DNA of 64,000 bases from contig ADNK01001594.1 of NCBI GenBank assembly GCA_000320545.1, positions 1 to 64,000 on the forward strand. The letters are read 5' to 3'. Below the pieces are notes generated by a model, which was given only the letters and a program-made list of their open reading frames with translations, was not told the DNA's origin and searched no databases. Positions 22,560 to 37,073 of the stretch are shown here, in pieces; within the stretch, counting starts at the first letter, position 1, and every line of letters begins with the position of its first letter. This DNA is from Bigelowiella natans CCMP2755. Its lineage: Eukaryota > Protista > Cercozoa. The position numbers and the translations under genes were made by a program.

Positions 22560-23700
22560 ATTCCAGTAGTGAAGCAGTGCAAGTTGGATACATAGCTTCC
22601 GTTTGTGTACGTATGAACAGCATGATGCGATGTCTCGCGCGTGGAACTCGGGTATCGGCTACATCTAGATGTTATGGGTCAGATTTGATCCGCCCACAAA
22701 CAAGCGAGGCAGCCGCCTTGATGTCTAAATATGCACATAGCACTAGAGCACAATAGACGTATGTGCTAGCGTGTGCACATCAGCTAGTATACGATATGTA
22801 GCTATATAGACAGTTTACTTGCATGCATGCGGCGATGATATGGCGGAGATGATGTAGACATGCAATGTGATGTGTATGTGGTATATGTGTATATGTACCA
22901 CATTACTGTGTCCATGCTTTGAGGCCTAGCTATGTGTGTAGAGGCAGCAGACGGCTATGGATATTGGTGTAGCAGAGAGGCATGATAGTGTGCAAACACA
23001 AACATGCTCTGCTACGCTAGCTGTGGCTAGCTAGCTAGCTAGTCCGCGTCGTCCAGCGCCCCACGTGCATGCGCTGCTAGCATGCTATGTAGCATGCACA
23101 ATGTGTGTGTGTACGTAGCACTGTGCAGAGCAGCACAGCTCGAGCAGTAGCAGCTCTAGAGCTCTAGCTAGCAGCTGTAGTGCACATCGATCACTTTACA
23201 TGATGTGCTCCAAAACATGTATCGCGGTACTAGCTAGCAGCTGCATGCATAGCTACAATAGCGTACCTCGCGACGATGACAACATAATTTGTGCATGCAT
23301 GCGTGCGATCAACGATTTTTTCTATCTAGTAGTGTTAGATGACTAAATGAATGAGATAAGTTCATTCTTCAACACATGTATCCGCGCATCACATACTCTA
23401 GCCCTCACAATGCTGCGCTGTGTAGCTGTGCCCTAGTACCTTTTAAGTCGCGCATGCTATATGCTATGACAAACTACGAATACATACATCTTACATTATA
23501 CATTTGTATGACGCCGCTTGCTAGCATGGATCGAAGGGCATACTGCTGCAGTGTCGCTGTCCAACATGATCTCATCATCGCATGAAAACACTTGCCAGAA
23601 TTGAGCGTGAGAGATTTGGCTAATTTTGTTTCATGTTTTCTTCGTACTAAAAACTATCTAGCACATAGTATGCACAATAGCAGAGATGTGCGATAAGCTG
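22560..23700. other. Longest palindrome-word-rich intergenic tract
   Basis: GCTAGCTAGCTAGCTAG, GCTAGCATGC, CACGTGCATGC, TCTAGAGCTCTAGCTAGC between the convergent kinase and FBA genes. Confidence 0.75.
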
Positions 23701-23712
23701 CGAGCTCGAAGC

Positions 23713-25280
23713 TTAGTACACGTAGTTCTTCTCGTAGAGGGAACCGGTGGTAGCAGGGTGCTCACCTTCGAATTTTCCAAGGGAAGCATCTCCGTTAGCC
23801 TTGGAGAGAGCGTAGAAAAGCTTCTGAGCAGCCTCAACATTTTCAGTCTTTCCATCCCAAGCCTTAAGAACGGAAGCTTGAAGAGCACGTCCGAAGGAGA
23901 AGGAAAGCTTCCAAGGAGCGTTAGGGTAAAGCTTGTTCATTGCGTTAAGGTTGCGGGTTGCTTCCTCCTCGGATTGACCTCCAGAGAGGAAGGTGATACC
24001 AGGAACAGCAGCAGGAAGAGTGCGCATAAGTCCCTCAACGGTATTCTTAGCAACGTCCTCAGGAGAAGCGGTCTTACCAGAGTCAGTTCCAGGAAGGATC
24101 ATGTTAGGCTTAAGAAGCATCCCCTCCCATTCGATGTTAACATCGGAAAGAGCCTTCATAGTAGCAGCCTGAACCTTTTCGGTAACCCATCGCTGAACTT
24201 CAATTCCGTGAGCTCCATCCATGAGCACCTCAGGCTCGATGATAGGGACAAGACCGTTCATCTGGCAGATCTTTCCGTACTGAGCAAGAGCGCGAGCGTT
24301 TCCTTCGATAGCTTCCATGGAAGGAGCGCCGTTAGGATCAATGCGGAGAACACCACGCCACTTTGCGAAGCGAGCTCCCTGCTTGTAGTACTTAGCAGCA
24401 CGCTCAGCAAGCCCGTCGATTCCTTCGGTGATGGTTTCTCCATCCATGAAGGTTGCGCGAACACCAGTGTCAACCTTGATACCAGGGATAACGTTGTTAG
24501 CCTTCATGATGTCAACAAAAGGAGTTCCATCTTCAGCGTTCTGGAAGAGGGTCTCCTCGTACAAGATAGCGGAAGAGATTGCCTCGTTCATGTTAGGAGT
24601 GCGGAAGAAGAGTTCGCGCCACTGGCGACGGTAGGTCTCTTCGTTAGGGACACCAATCTGTTCAAGGCGCTTGCCGATGGTCTTGGTAGATTCATCGCAA
24701 GCAAGGATACCCTTACCGTCAGCAACAATAGCAGCAGCGGTTTGCTGAAGTTCAGCAGAATAAGGGGATTTATCCTGAAGAGCAGGAAGAGGGGTCAAAG
24801 ATGCTCCAGTGGTATCAGGGTAAGGGATGTATCCTGTGAATCCAAGGGACTCTTCAGCGTTCACGCGAAGGTTGCGGCGGAAGTTAGCACCCTGGAAGAC
24901 ATTGCGAGGAGCAATGTGAACCATTGGTGCAACCTGAGGAGCGACGCGCATAGCGGTCGACTCGAGCGTAGGCTCGGTGTTTCCGAAAGCAACCATGCAC
25001 ACAGCTCCTGCCAAAGCCACATTGGCGATGACGGAGGATGCAAGGCCCCACTTTGCCCACTTCTTCTCAGAGTTATCGTGTCCAATAGACTAATGTGGGT
25101 AGTATGCTTATTAGGTTGATTGTTATTATGCGAGACCCAAAAGAACGTTTAAAGAAATGTTTTATTTAATTGTCGTACACAAAGAAAATACTATGATCGA
25201 TGTATGAATACTAAGTCTATAGTGTGGTTGAGGGGGGGGAGAGAAAGAGGCGAACACTTTCCGCAAACAACCTGATACAT
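23713..25280 (-). CDS. FBA: Plastid-targeted class I fructose-bisphosphate aldolase (exon 1 25272-25280, exon 2 23713-25089)
   Basis: GKGILACDEST, GIKVDTG, ARFAKWR, PIIEPE, LLKPNM, FLSGGQSEEEA, FSFGRALQ, terminal Y. A 9-nt exon ATG TAT CAG splices in frame to SIGHDNSEKKWAKWGLASSVIANVALAGAVCMVAF (signal), followed by an Arg-rich transit-like region ending RRNLRVNA. Confidence 0.95.
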
Positions 25281-26736
25281 AGTTTCTTGGCTTATGTCCA
25301 CAGACGTAACTCGGCAAGTGAGCATATGTTTCAGCCCACTGGATGCACGTACTAATTAAAATGCATGCCGCTGCAGCCATAAAAGCCAGATTGCATCTTA
25401 ATAATAAAAAATTGCCCTTTAATTTGGTGATTTCCGGCTTTGCTCTTTCGCAATGGGCATCTGCTAATAAATGCGTAGGGTCTACGTGGACCCCCTCAGA
25501 CTTATCTTTCCATTCGTCAACAAGTAATGATGGGTAATTCTTTTATACGACAACATATATTCTTTGTCGATATATATTTTCTAGTAACATTACGGTGTTT
25601 TTCCTGGGGAGCCTCGGCAACTCGGAGGGACCCCCTTCAAAACTCAATTGTAATATATATTTTCAGATCATGATTCGAAAGGAAGAATATTGTGTTCTGA
25701 TTGGATGAATATAATTATTAGAAAACGACATCAATATTCCTAAGATTATTTCGTATTGTCGATTAAATAGTATTCCAAATTTATGGTTTGGATCTGATAA
25801 GGATTTCGAACTGTAATTGAAATGCCCAGCATTCTTCGAAGAAACGATGTTCTAACAACAAATCGAATGTGAAGCGGCCTACGTGATTGTCTCCAAAGGG
25901 CCGATTCCGTTACTTCCGAGAAAGGCAGTGCAAGTAGATCTAGGTATAACGAAAGATGGACTATTTTTTTACCTATGCGACATCATATCTATCTTGTGAA
26001 ATGTAATTTCCGCGAAATTCTTTCTGAAGTTGCATGAAGTTGCCGCTACCGCTTTATTAGTGATTTTGATTTGAAAGTCGGGATCCAAAATCTTGCTCGG
26101 AACCTAAAGTTCTGATTCTTAGACATAAGTTTCCCGACATGAAGCCGACAATTGTCAGACCACAGTGCACAACATCTGATATTTTAGGAAGTTTTCAGGG
26201 TTCAGGGTTGCCCAAATCTTTCATGGCTATACTACAGTTTCAGCAAGTATTTTGATGCGTAGGAAATCCTGAAATCTAGAAAAAAATTTCGTAGGAAATC
26301 CGGTTTCAATTGCCTTTTGATTTCGTCTCGTCGCCCGTGCACAACAAAACTAAATTCCAAACTTTGACAACACTCTGCCAACATTTTGATGGATTGGGAT
26401 AGAATTGCGGAATCAACCAGAATTTTACCAATCTGTTGAATGCGTTGTTGATATTGGATTTATCGGATAAATAACGTATTCATATTGTTCTGGTGACCAG
26501 TGATCATCAATTAGATGTTTATTCGATAATGATCAACAATGTATTCATATTGTTGAAATAAATATTTGGATGTTTATATGATAATAAAATGATTTGTGCA
26601 TCAAAAAGAGAAATATCATTTCATCCTCTCCTCCTCCTCCTCCTCCTCCTCCTCCTCCTCGGCCTTCTCCACCTGCTTCTCTCCCCATCTTTGCGCAGAT
26701 TCTATACATTCTCTCGGAGTTTTAGAACCCGAGAGA

Positions 26737-27868
26737 ATGGACTTAGATCTAGAGCAGGAGCAGCCCTGGCCGATCAATGAGATCGTGGAGGAGGTGAAGA
26801 AGGACCGCAAGCTGCTCACGGCCCCAGTAAAAAAACTCGAGGTCTTGATGCGCATGCATGTGGGTGTGCATGTATATATCTCGTATGCTTTTATGTGCAA
26901 AAATAACTGATGTTGTTGTTATAGTTGTTTCTCCCCTCTGTCCTCTTCCTTACCCTGTCCGCTACTTAACAATCTCTTCACTCAGGACAAATGGAAATTG
27001 CTTCCGGCATTCCTTGCCATGCGTGGGCTTGTTCGGCAGCATATAGACTCCTTCAACTACTTCATTGAACAGGACATCAAAAATATAATGAAAGCTAACA
27101 AAGTCGTCAGATCATCTTCAGACGAGAGCTGGTATCTGAAGTACCACAATATCTACGTGGAATGGCCGGACTCGGAAGAGCCATTTCAGAGTCGAAAAGA
27201 TGTAATATTGTCCTCCTCCTCCTCATCCTCCTCATCCTCGTAATTATAATATTGACCGTTGTCGTTGTCATCGTACAGGTTACGCCCCAGGAATGCAGGC
27301 TGCGAGACCTCACTTACTCTGCTCCAATAGCTGTTGACATCGAGTAAAATATATGTTATTTGTAGTCATTATTATCGCTATCATCTTTTTGTGCTTCATA
27401 TTGAAGAGATTTTCTTCCCCTCTCCAGTCCCTAATAAACAAACCAATTATCATTACGTGTCATTGATTTTTTCTGTTGAATGTTCTCCCAACCTAAAAAG
27501 GTTTACGAGGGGCAAGACGATTGTTCATAAACAGGGCCTTATAATCGGTCGGCTACCGATCATGCTTCGGTCCAAGCGCTGTGTTCTGACTAAATGCGGT
27601 AGGGAGCACTATACTCGAATCTGCAATGTTAATAGATTATGAAGAGAACCTTCATGTGATGCAACCGTGTTGGTATTGTTGTGAAGAATGTAACGTCTTC
27701 GTAAAAGTAGAATGCTCGAATGCGTAGCAGAATAGATGGTAAATAGGGTTATCTCATTTTTCTCTTTATTATGTTATGATATAGTTTCTAATGAGGACTT
27801 AGCACAAAAACAAGAATGTCCTTTCGACCCCGGCGGGTATGCTGTTGTCTTAAACGTGTGTTGGAACG

Positions 27869-27917
<49 letters not shown>

Positions 27918-28701
27918 GCGCAAATACACAATATCATCACATCGGACTGATGTTGTTAAGCATCGTAGTATGTTCCACTAGCTAAGTGGGATGGAAAGAA
28001 GGCAGCATTGTCTATATGGACCGTTAAGAGCTCGTTTGAGTTTGTTATCACTATAAAAATATTATCATCATCATTTCTGCTGCACAGATATTTCATTGTC
28101 CGTGGCGTCGAGAAGGTGATCTTGATCCAGGAGCAGCTCTCAAATGTGAGAACGAAAAAACATTTCGTCCTCACCATTATCAGCATTGTCATAACCACCA
28201 CCTCATCTTCATCGCAACTCCAACGATATCATCGTCATCATTACCATCATCATTTTTGTATCTTTATCATCATAATGATGATTGGCAATGGATCTATCAG
28301 AACCGTATCATTATGGAGCGCGATCACAAAGCTGGAGATATCTGCGCTCAGGTAGGAAGAGAATAGAGGAAACGAAACACATCATCAAGATATATACGTC
28401 GAAACGACTGTCAGAAGTTCATCCTCACTCTTTTCAGCCTCCTTCTTCCCCCCCTCCTCTAACTCATCTTATTCCCTCCTCTTCTTCTTCTCCTTCTTCT
28501 TCTCATTATGTCCCGTAACAGGTGACAAGCTCCACATACACGAGAAAGAGTAAAACTCTGATCGTGCATCACAACGGCAAAATATATTTAAGGTATTACT
28601 ACACCTAGTTGCTGCTCATGCCATCACTAATATTATTATTTTTGCGTATTACATTATTGTTCAAGATGGTGCTGATTATAATGTGGATGCAGTATGTGTA
28701 C

Positions 28702-28734
<33 letters not shown>

Positions 28735-29089
28735 TTGAAAATTGGGGATATGACTGAAAACACCAAGAAAAACGTTTCTCAACATTCTTTATCAATATTC
28801 TTTCTCAATATTTTCTCCCTGAAAACACCAAGAAAAACGTTTCTCAACATTCTTTATCAATATTCTTTCTCAATATTTTCTCCCTCTCTCTATATCTATC
28901 TATCTATATATCTATCTCCTCCCCTTCCCCCCTTTTTTTTGTTCAGAATTAACACCACGACGGAAGATATTCCCATCTGTATCATTTTCAAGGGAATGGG
29001 TATCACAGCTGACCAAGAGGTAGCTGTTGTTAGTAAATCATGTATTAATCAGAGATGGGGCTACTACGGCGTTGTTCTCTCACACCGTT

Positions 29090-29124
<35 letters not shown>

Positions 29125-29706
29125 GCTACACCATCTTGGTGATTTCCTTTGTAACAAACATATCTAATGTTGATGCTGACTACATATCATGCTCATCGCC
29201 CATGTAATAGTAATAACAATAACAATAATAATATTAGTAGTAATAATAATAATAATAATAACAAAAATAATGTGGCGATCCTATCCTTGTTGTCTTTTGA
29301 CTGCTTCCTTCTTTTCCCTTGTGGTTGTTATAAATCGTGTTGATGGACCTTTCTTTTTCTCTTCTCTCTCTTTTGACTGCCGTCCTTCTTACAACATGAT
29401 GAACACACATACTACAACATACACATCTCCTGCAGATCGTACAACTCATCGGTAGTTCTGCAGCGCACCATCTTGCGGTAGTAGTAAGCACCACTGTTCG
29501 TATAGATAATATAGTTAACTTTTCTTTTTTTAATGGACTACCTCTCCCTTTCTTTGGGTGTGTTTCTGTGTGTGTTTCGAGCACCTTTCTGGCACTAACC
29601 TTATCATCATCATCACCACCATCATCTTCAACAATAACAACAGGGATCTCTGGAAGAATGTAGTCGTGCTGGAGTTTACACTCAGCTGCAGGCCCTCCAA
29701 TATATC

Positions 29707-29740
<34 letters not shown>

Positions 29741-30760
29741 TACATGATCTACGATGCAAGCAAGTTCATCGTTATCCTCGCCGAGTAGAATTGAATGCAG
29801 TATTATCGCCATCATAATCATTATCATCATTATCATTATCATCATCATCATCATCATCATCGTCATCATCATCATCATCACCCTAATTTTTCACTAGAGT
29901 TCACACACATAAAGTAGTGCCTGAATGTGTGAACATATGATGCTCAATAGTCATGAGGAGGAGAAGGATGTGAAGGCGTGCCATCATTCATTTATTCGTT
30001 GTATGTCATTTTTGCCATCAGGCGCACGAATGAAAACCCCGCAGTATAGATCCACCTCTAAGAAGCCACCGGTCTTAGTGCATTTCGCGTCCTTGGAAAA
30101 AGAAGATTAAATTTACGAAGATAGCTAGCAAATAAGAATCACAATAACCCTCCCCATGTAGAATGACGAATACGATGGTGATGGAGGAAGCAGTGCTTTC
30201 AAATTCTCATATTTCCCTCCTCCTCCTCCTCCTCCTCCTCCTCCTCCTCCTCCTCCCCTTCTTCTACTTCTTCTCCTTTGTTCATTTTTTCTTATGATCG
30301 TTCTATCAGACGGAGAAAGCACGTGATTTCCTCGCTACTGTGATTATCTCTCACGTTCCTGTTATAGACTACGACTTTTCTACAAAAGCAGCGTAATTTC
30401 TCTCTTCTTCTTTCCTCTCCTCCTTTGTGCTGCTTCTTATTCACGATAAACCAAGATTAGATGGTGATCAACATGCATGGATGTGTATCACAACTATCAT
30501 GATTATTATTATCATTGTTGTTGTTGTTGTTGTTGTTGTTGTAATTGTTACACCACAATGGATGGGGGCGTGAAGACAGAAGATACTATGTCTTGTTACA
30601 GCCTACTCTACCTTCCCTCCTCCATCATCATTACTATCTTCGTTTCTTGTTAGGTACGTGGGGCTGATGGTGCGGCGTGTGACAATCGCTCTTGATGATC
30701 CAACCTCACTGGATGATAAAGGTGTACGTATGGGCAAGTTTAGAGATAAGAAGAGATAGT

Positions 30761-30797
<37 letters not shown>

Positions 30798-31304
30798 GAT
30801 ACAATGAGATAAGGAGAGATAATATAAGAGATATGATAAGATGAGATCAGATGGTGAGAAAATAATACAACCAGACAACGTGCCGAGGCCTTCTTCTTAT
30901 TATCCCTACTTCCATCATGATAGAACTTGTTATTTTTGATGATTGGTGATATCTGAGCATTTCTCTTACTTGTGACTTCCATTGTGATCCTGATGATGTT
31001 ATAATAAGACTATTACGGAAACAAACGTTTGGAGCTAGCAGGAGGACTCGTCAGCCTGTTGTTTGAAGACTTATTTAAGAAACTTAATGATGATCTCAAG
31101 AGAATTGCTGATAGGGTACTGCTGCTAGTACTACGGAATGAATGAATCAGTCCTGTATTAAATCAACACCTCGTCTCTCATTACCACAATTCGAGACGAA
31201 ATAAATATTATTCAATTTATTTCATATTTAGTAGGTATGTTTTTACCTATTTCAAATGAAAAATGGCCAAAAGCTATCTTCTTCATCATCACCATCACCA
31301 TCAC

Positions 31305-31337
<33 letters not shown>

Positions 31338-31601
31338 ATCATGTGCAGGAATTGGAGAAGAAATCCCGCCAGGCGCAGAACTTCGACATTCAGAAGCATG
31401 TACTACTAACCCTCCTAGTATTGCAGCATTACCCATAGAACTACTTCCACATTGAGAAGCAGCTTGTAGTAACCCTAGTGCATGCATGCAGCACCCATAC
31501 ACATCCATATGCATTCGTGCACGATGCCGCAAGAACAGGAAGAAGAAGAAGAAGAAGAAGATCTTGTAGCAACGACGATCGATCGATGAAGGAATAGAAC
31601 G

Positions 31602-31648
<47 letters not shown>

Positions 31649-32003
31649 TATCTCTCAATATCAGCAAGAGCTCCTTCCTTCTCTTACGTGTCAATCCCAA
31701 AGACCTGCCACTAACATGCAGCCACCCATAACACATAAAACACACGTGTATATGAAGTATAGTTACATTTTTAGTCAGGAACATCATCATGGTATTTCTG
31801 CTTTCTTCAGCTACGACGACTACTACATCTACTACTCTTGTACCATGGTGACGATGTGCTCTTTGTTGTACATGTTGTACTACCGCAGATCCGTACCGAC
31901 ATCATCACGCAGGGGCTAGCTAATTCAATATCAACTGGGAATTGGACAGTGAAACGGTTTAAGATGGACAGGGCGGGCATGACCCAGGTAGTAGGAGTAA
32001 AGC

Positions 32004-32037
<34 letters not shown>

Positions 32038-32850
32038 ACTGCTCCTGCTGCTGATGATGATGGTGATGATGATCACGTGCTTGTCAATGTTATCCTTATA
32101 ATCATGATTATGATCATCATCATCATATGAGCAAATGGTGTTAGGTGCTATCTCGCCTTTCGTTCATAGCCGCTCTTGGCATGATGACTCGCATTAACTC
32201 TCAATTTGAGAAAACAAGGAAGGTTTCGGGTAGATACAACAACAACAACAACAACAACAATCCAAATAAGAAGAAGAAGAAGAAGAAGAAAGGGTGAGAG
32301 TGGGTGGGAAAAGGATAGAGAGAGGGAGAGGGAGAGAGAAAGAGATCAGAATTCTTCAGTGCGCTGATTCATCTATGATGTCTTGGCCTTGTCCACTGTT
32401 ACCTCCTTCTCCTCCTCCTCCTCCTGTCGGCCTCTTCTATTCGTTGTGTGTATATGTCGTTTATTGGTTGAATCTTCTGATGCTGCCATTGATCATCGCA
32501 CCACACCACTCATTGATATCCGACAACAACAACAACAACAACAACAATACCAGGCCCCCGTTCGTTGCAAGGAAGCCAGTGGGGAATGCTATGTCCCTCG
32601 GATACGCCAGAAGGAGAGTCATGTGGACTAGTCAAGGTAATGTGCTGCTGCTGCTGATGGTGGTGGTGGTGGTGTATCACAATAACGATAGATGAATCGT
32701 AGTAGCGGCAGCAGCAGCAGTAGTGGTAAGGTGTATGCAGCAGCATGTGTGGGATGATGATGATGATGATGGCAGCTCTTTCGAACGGGAGACTCGAGTT
32801 GTTATTATTCGCTCCTGCTGTTATCTATGATGTAGTACGTATGGTCTCGT

Positions 32851-32885
<35 letters not shown>

Positions 32886-33011
32886 GCCGGATCACGGCAA
32901 CATGGCTGCTCTATTCCTTCTTCTCTTCTTCTTCTTCTTCTTCTTCTTCTTCTTCTTTCTCCGTATCATCATCCTTTATGGTTATTATGTGTTTGTATTA
33001 GTAATAGAATC

Positions 33012-33046
<35 letters not shown>

Positions 33047-33339
33047 CGGTACCTGCTACAGTCACCAATAACATCTCCCCTTCCCCCCTCCTCCGCCTCT
33101 TGCTGCTTGTTAGAACTTGGCATTGATGTCGCATGTCACGACAAACCAGGACCAGAACATTATTGCACGCCTCGCGTAAGAAGGAGGAGAGGGGGGGGGG
33201 GGGGGGGGATGATGCTGTTGTATTGTTGTTCTGTTATCACAAGTTATTGACAAATATACTACCACTAGTACTACTTCTACTATCTCCATTGTTTTTAAGG
33301 TCGTTCACGTCGTCTTTTCAGTAGTGTGCTTATTTAACG

Positions 33340-33380
<41 letters not shown>

Positions 33381-33575
33381 GGCTCTGCTACATTACAACA
33401 CAAAATAACCATATAGTATTCGATGAGGTGCCTCTGATAAATACTACTACTACTACTACTACTACTACTGCTACTGCTGCAGATACAATCTCGGTGTTGA
33501 AGATGTGCTGCTTCTGACCGGGGAGGAGATGGAACGTCCCAACGTGTAATAATAAGAATAACAATACGTGCTGCT

Positions 33576-33607
<32 letters not shown>

Positions 33608-33987
33608 CTGTGCGCACACACCTTCTCTTCCCTTGGCAATATCATCATCATAAGAAAACACAGATGCAACGATGTCCCATTTATAATCCATCCAGTACCA
33701 CGCTGGTAGTGCTGCTACCAATGCATATATATTTATGCGGTATATATTATCATCATGAGCAGATCGTTAGTGATGCTGAACGGTCGTCTACTTGGAGTGC
33801 ACTCTAACCCCGAACTACTTGCACACGCACTCCGGCAGCTTCGTCGCACAGGGAAAGTAGGATGAAGATAAGATGACATGATACTACTCATTGCTGACGG
33901 TTGGGATAAGGAGGGAGGGAGGAGAAGTACAACGATGAGAAGAGAATATTACTGGGCAGTAGTGATGCTGTGTTAGCGGACGATGAT

Positions 33988-34021
<34 letters not shown>

Positions 34022-34300
34022 AACACACCACTGTTACTAGCCGTAGCAGACCTTTCATCATCGTCACTATTACCACTAACCACTATCATCATCGTTGTCA
34101 CCAGCAGCAAACCTGCCGTTGCTTCTCTTCTCACTCCGTTATCTTCTTATTACCTACTTACTTTTGCCATTGATGTATTGTCTATCCTTATCTACTGCTT
34201 CTAACTACCAGGTTGACAAATTCGTATCAATATACGTCAACGAAGCCCATAAGACTGTCTACATTGCTACGGACGGTGGGAGGGTTTGCCGCCCATTGGT

Positions 34301-34333
<33 letters not shown>

Positions 34334-34334
34334 C

Positions 34335-34368
<34 letters not shown>

Positions 34369-35956
34369 CGTGTGTGCGTGTGTACCTTGGTGGATATGAG
34401 AAAGAGATGCACCGCCCAAGCATCCCCCTCCTCCTCCTTCCTCCCCCTTCTGCTGTTTTTGCCATTATCTGACATTATTGCTGCAATTAGATAATCGTAC
34501 GAAAGAAAAGGCCTTTAATAACGCAACGACATCTAGATTTGCTCAGAGACGGTATTGAGAGCGGCAGCAGTAGTAGTAGTACATACAGAACAATAGTAGC
34601 ATGATATACTTGGTACTTCATTTGATACATCGCTTGCTTTTTAGATAGTTTGGACACACGTGTATTATGTAATTATATGAACGACAACACAGCACATAAT
34701 ACTTGAGCAGCAGCAGCAGCAGCAGAGATTGTGGTCACTCGAGCACTCACTTTTCCTTGCTAGCACCACTACTACTTACTACTCCTGGTGATGATGAGAT
34801 ATGCTGTTGGAGCTCTAGTTCAGCAGGAGAGCGTTAGTTGTGTTAGTTGTGTTATTCGTCATCTGATTATCATCTATCCATCCATCCACCCATCCATCCA
34901 TCCATCCATCTTCTCTGGTTGACTGTTGACGTCATCACATCACATCACATCACATCACATCACATCCATCATCTCAGGGCTAATGAACTTCGACGATTTC
35001 CTCCGCATAGGAATACTAGAGTAAACCAAGCAGTAGTAGTAGTAGTTGTAGTAGTAGTAGTAGATATAACAACGGATAATAGTAGTAGTAGAAGAAAATA
35101 ACACGATGCATGTGCATTTAGCATTTGAAGAAACTACTACTTCGCATAGGTACGTGGATGTAAACGAGGAGAACAATTGCTTTGTGGCCTTAAGAGACGA
35201 AAATATCAGCGACGTCACCACCCACCTCGAGATCCACCCAATGACGATTCTAGGGGTACTACCTAGTTGCACATCCATTAACACGTTGACCGTGTGTAAT
35301 ACCTTGAAATCTATTTTATGCTTAAAGCCCGCTTAAGAAAGAGAGAGAAAGATATATATATATATATATAGCATCACAATATGCATTGATTCAACTAGAT
35401 GATGATAAGAGAGGAGGGGCATGATGCTGCCTCACATTCTTAGCGAAAGACCGTGTTAAGAAGGCCATTCTCCCGTAGTGTGTTACTACTCTCATTCTTT
35501 GAAAGTGTGGGTAGTAGTGCCGATGCTGCTGCTCCTGCTGCTGCTGCAACCCTATGTTGGTAGTGCTGTTTGAGATGTGTTATTGATTGATTATTTTACG
35601 TCTTCGTCGTCGTTGTGTTGATGATGGATGAATGCAATGCTCATATAGGTGGTCGCGGGGCTTATCCCCTACCCTCACCATAATCAATCTCCACGAAACA
35701 CGTATCAATGTGCGATGGGGAAGCAGAGTATCGGAGCCATTGCGTATAATCAGCTCAAACGAATTGACACTTTGTTGTACCTCTTGGTAATAGTCAAACA
35801 AGAACCGTGGGATACTACTACTACTACTTGTCATCATTATAATTATTATTATTATTATTTTTATTATTATTAATATGATAATACATATGTTATTAGTTAT
35901 TAACACTTCCAATGTACGCATGACGACGACGAATAAGAGTGATAAATCTGCTGCCG

Positions 35957-35998
<42 letters not shown>

Positions 35999-36007
35999 CT
36001 GCGGCCG

Positions 36008-36052
<45 letters not shown>

Positions 36053-36441
36053 CATAAAAATTTTAGGTCTATCCTCAAAAACCAATGGTCAAGTCACGAA
36101 CTATCGAAATGGTAAGTAGTAGTCGAAAGTGAGCGGGGGGGGGGGGTGGTACATGTTTGCCCTCCATGATGCATTTGATATGGTGGTTGGAACATCTCCC
36201 AGCGGCAGCTTCACCTAATGCTCTCTTCTGTCTGCATGCTTGGTCAGGTCGGGTTTGAAAACCTGCCAGCCGGGCACAATGCCATGTTGGCAGTTATGTC
36301 CTTCTCAGGATATGACATCGAGGATGCGATCGTGCTAAATAGAGCTTCAGTTGACAGAGGATTTGGCCGTTGCATCGTCCTTAAGAAAGACGTGCGTTTT
36401 ACCTTAATAAGCCAGGCAGCAGCTACTACTACTACTACTAT

Positions 36442-36472
<31 letters not shown>

Positions 36473-36616
36473 GCACAACAATAATGATCGTTCATGTAGC
36501 TACTACTCCTACTAGCACAAGCGTAGACTATTCCGTACAAATACACGATGATTACTCGCAATGTAAGAGGAGAGGGAGAAGGAAGAAGAGGGAGGAAGAG
36601 CTTGGTGTGGTTTCCT

Positions 36617-36647
<31 letters not shown>

Positions 36648-37026
36648 TTCTTGTTTCTTTCTCCATTGCATATAATGATTATGTTAACAATAAAATTAAT
36701 GATAATGTGTATACCTAAAACGATTGCACAACAGGTAACGACCTTGCAAAAGTACCCAAACCAGACGTCTGATGCCATATTCCAACCTCAAAAAGACGTG
36801 GATTATGCGACTGGAGGGCCCAGGAAGGATGAGAACGGTCAAGATATGAACATACGTGCACATCGATGTTTGGACAACGACGGCATCGTTAGGCCGGGCG
36901 AAAGGGTAAGTAGACTACAAAAAGAGAATGAATAAACAGCCTCTTCCTCCTCCTCCTCCTGCTGCTGCTGCTGCTGCTGGTGATGATGATGATGATGATG
37001 AGTCACGTGAGGAGGCGAGAGGGATG

Positions 37027-37073
<47 letters not shown>

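Noticed and set aside
22560-23700. Palindrome tracts as simple CpG-deamination debris or a MITE family
   Set aside because: CG-containing words (CACGTG, CGCG, TCGA) remain common, GCTAGC is not a simple CpG decay product, and I saw no shared terminal repeats or alignable sequence between tracts.
23686-25119. 477-aa plus-strand ORF
   Set aside because: Antisense shadow of the strongly codon-biased FBA gene, with no protein features.
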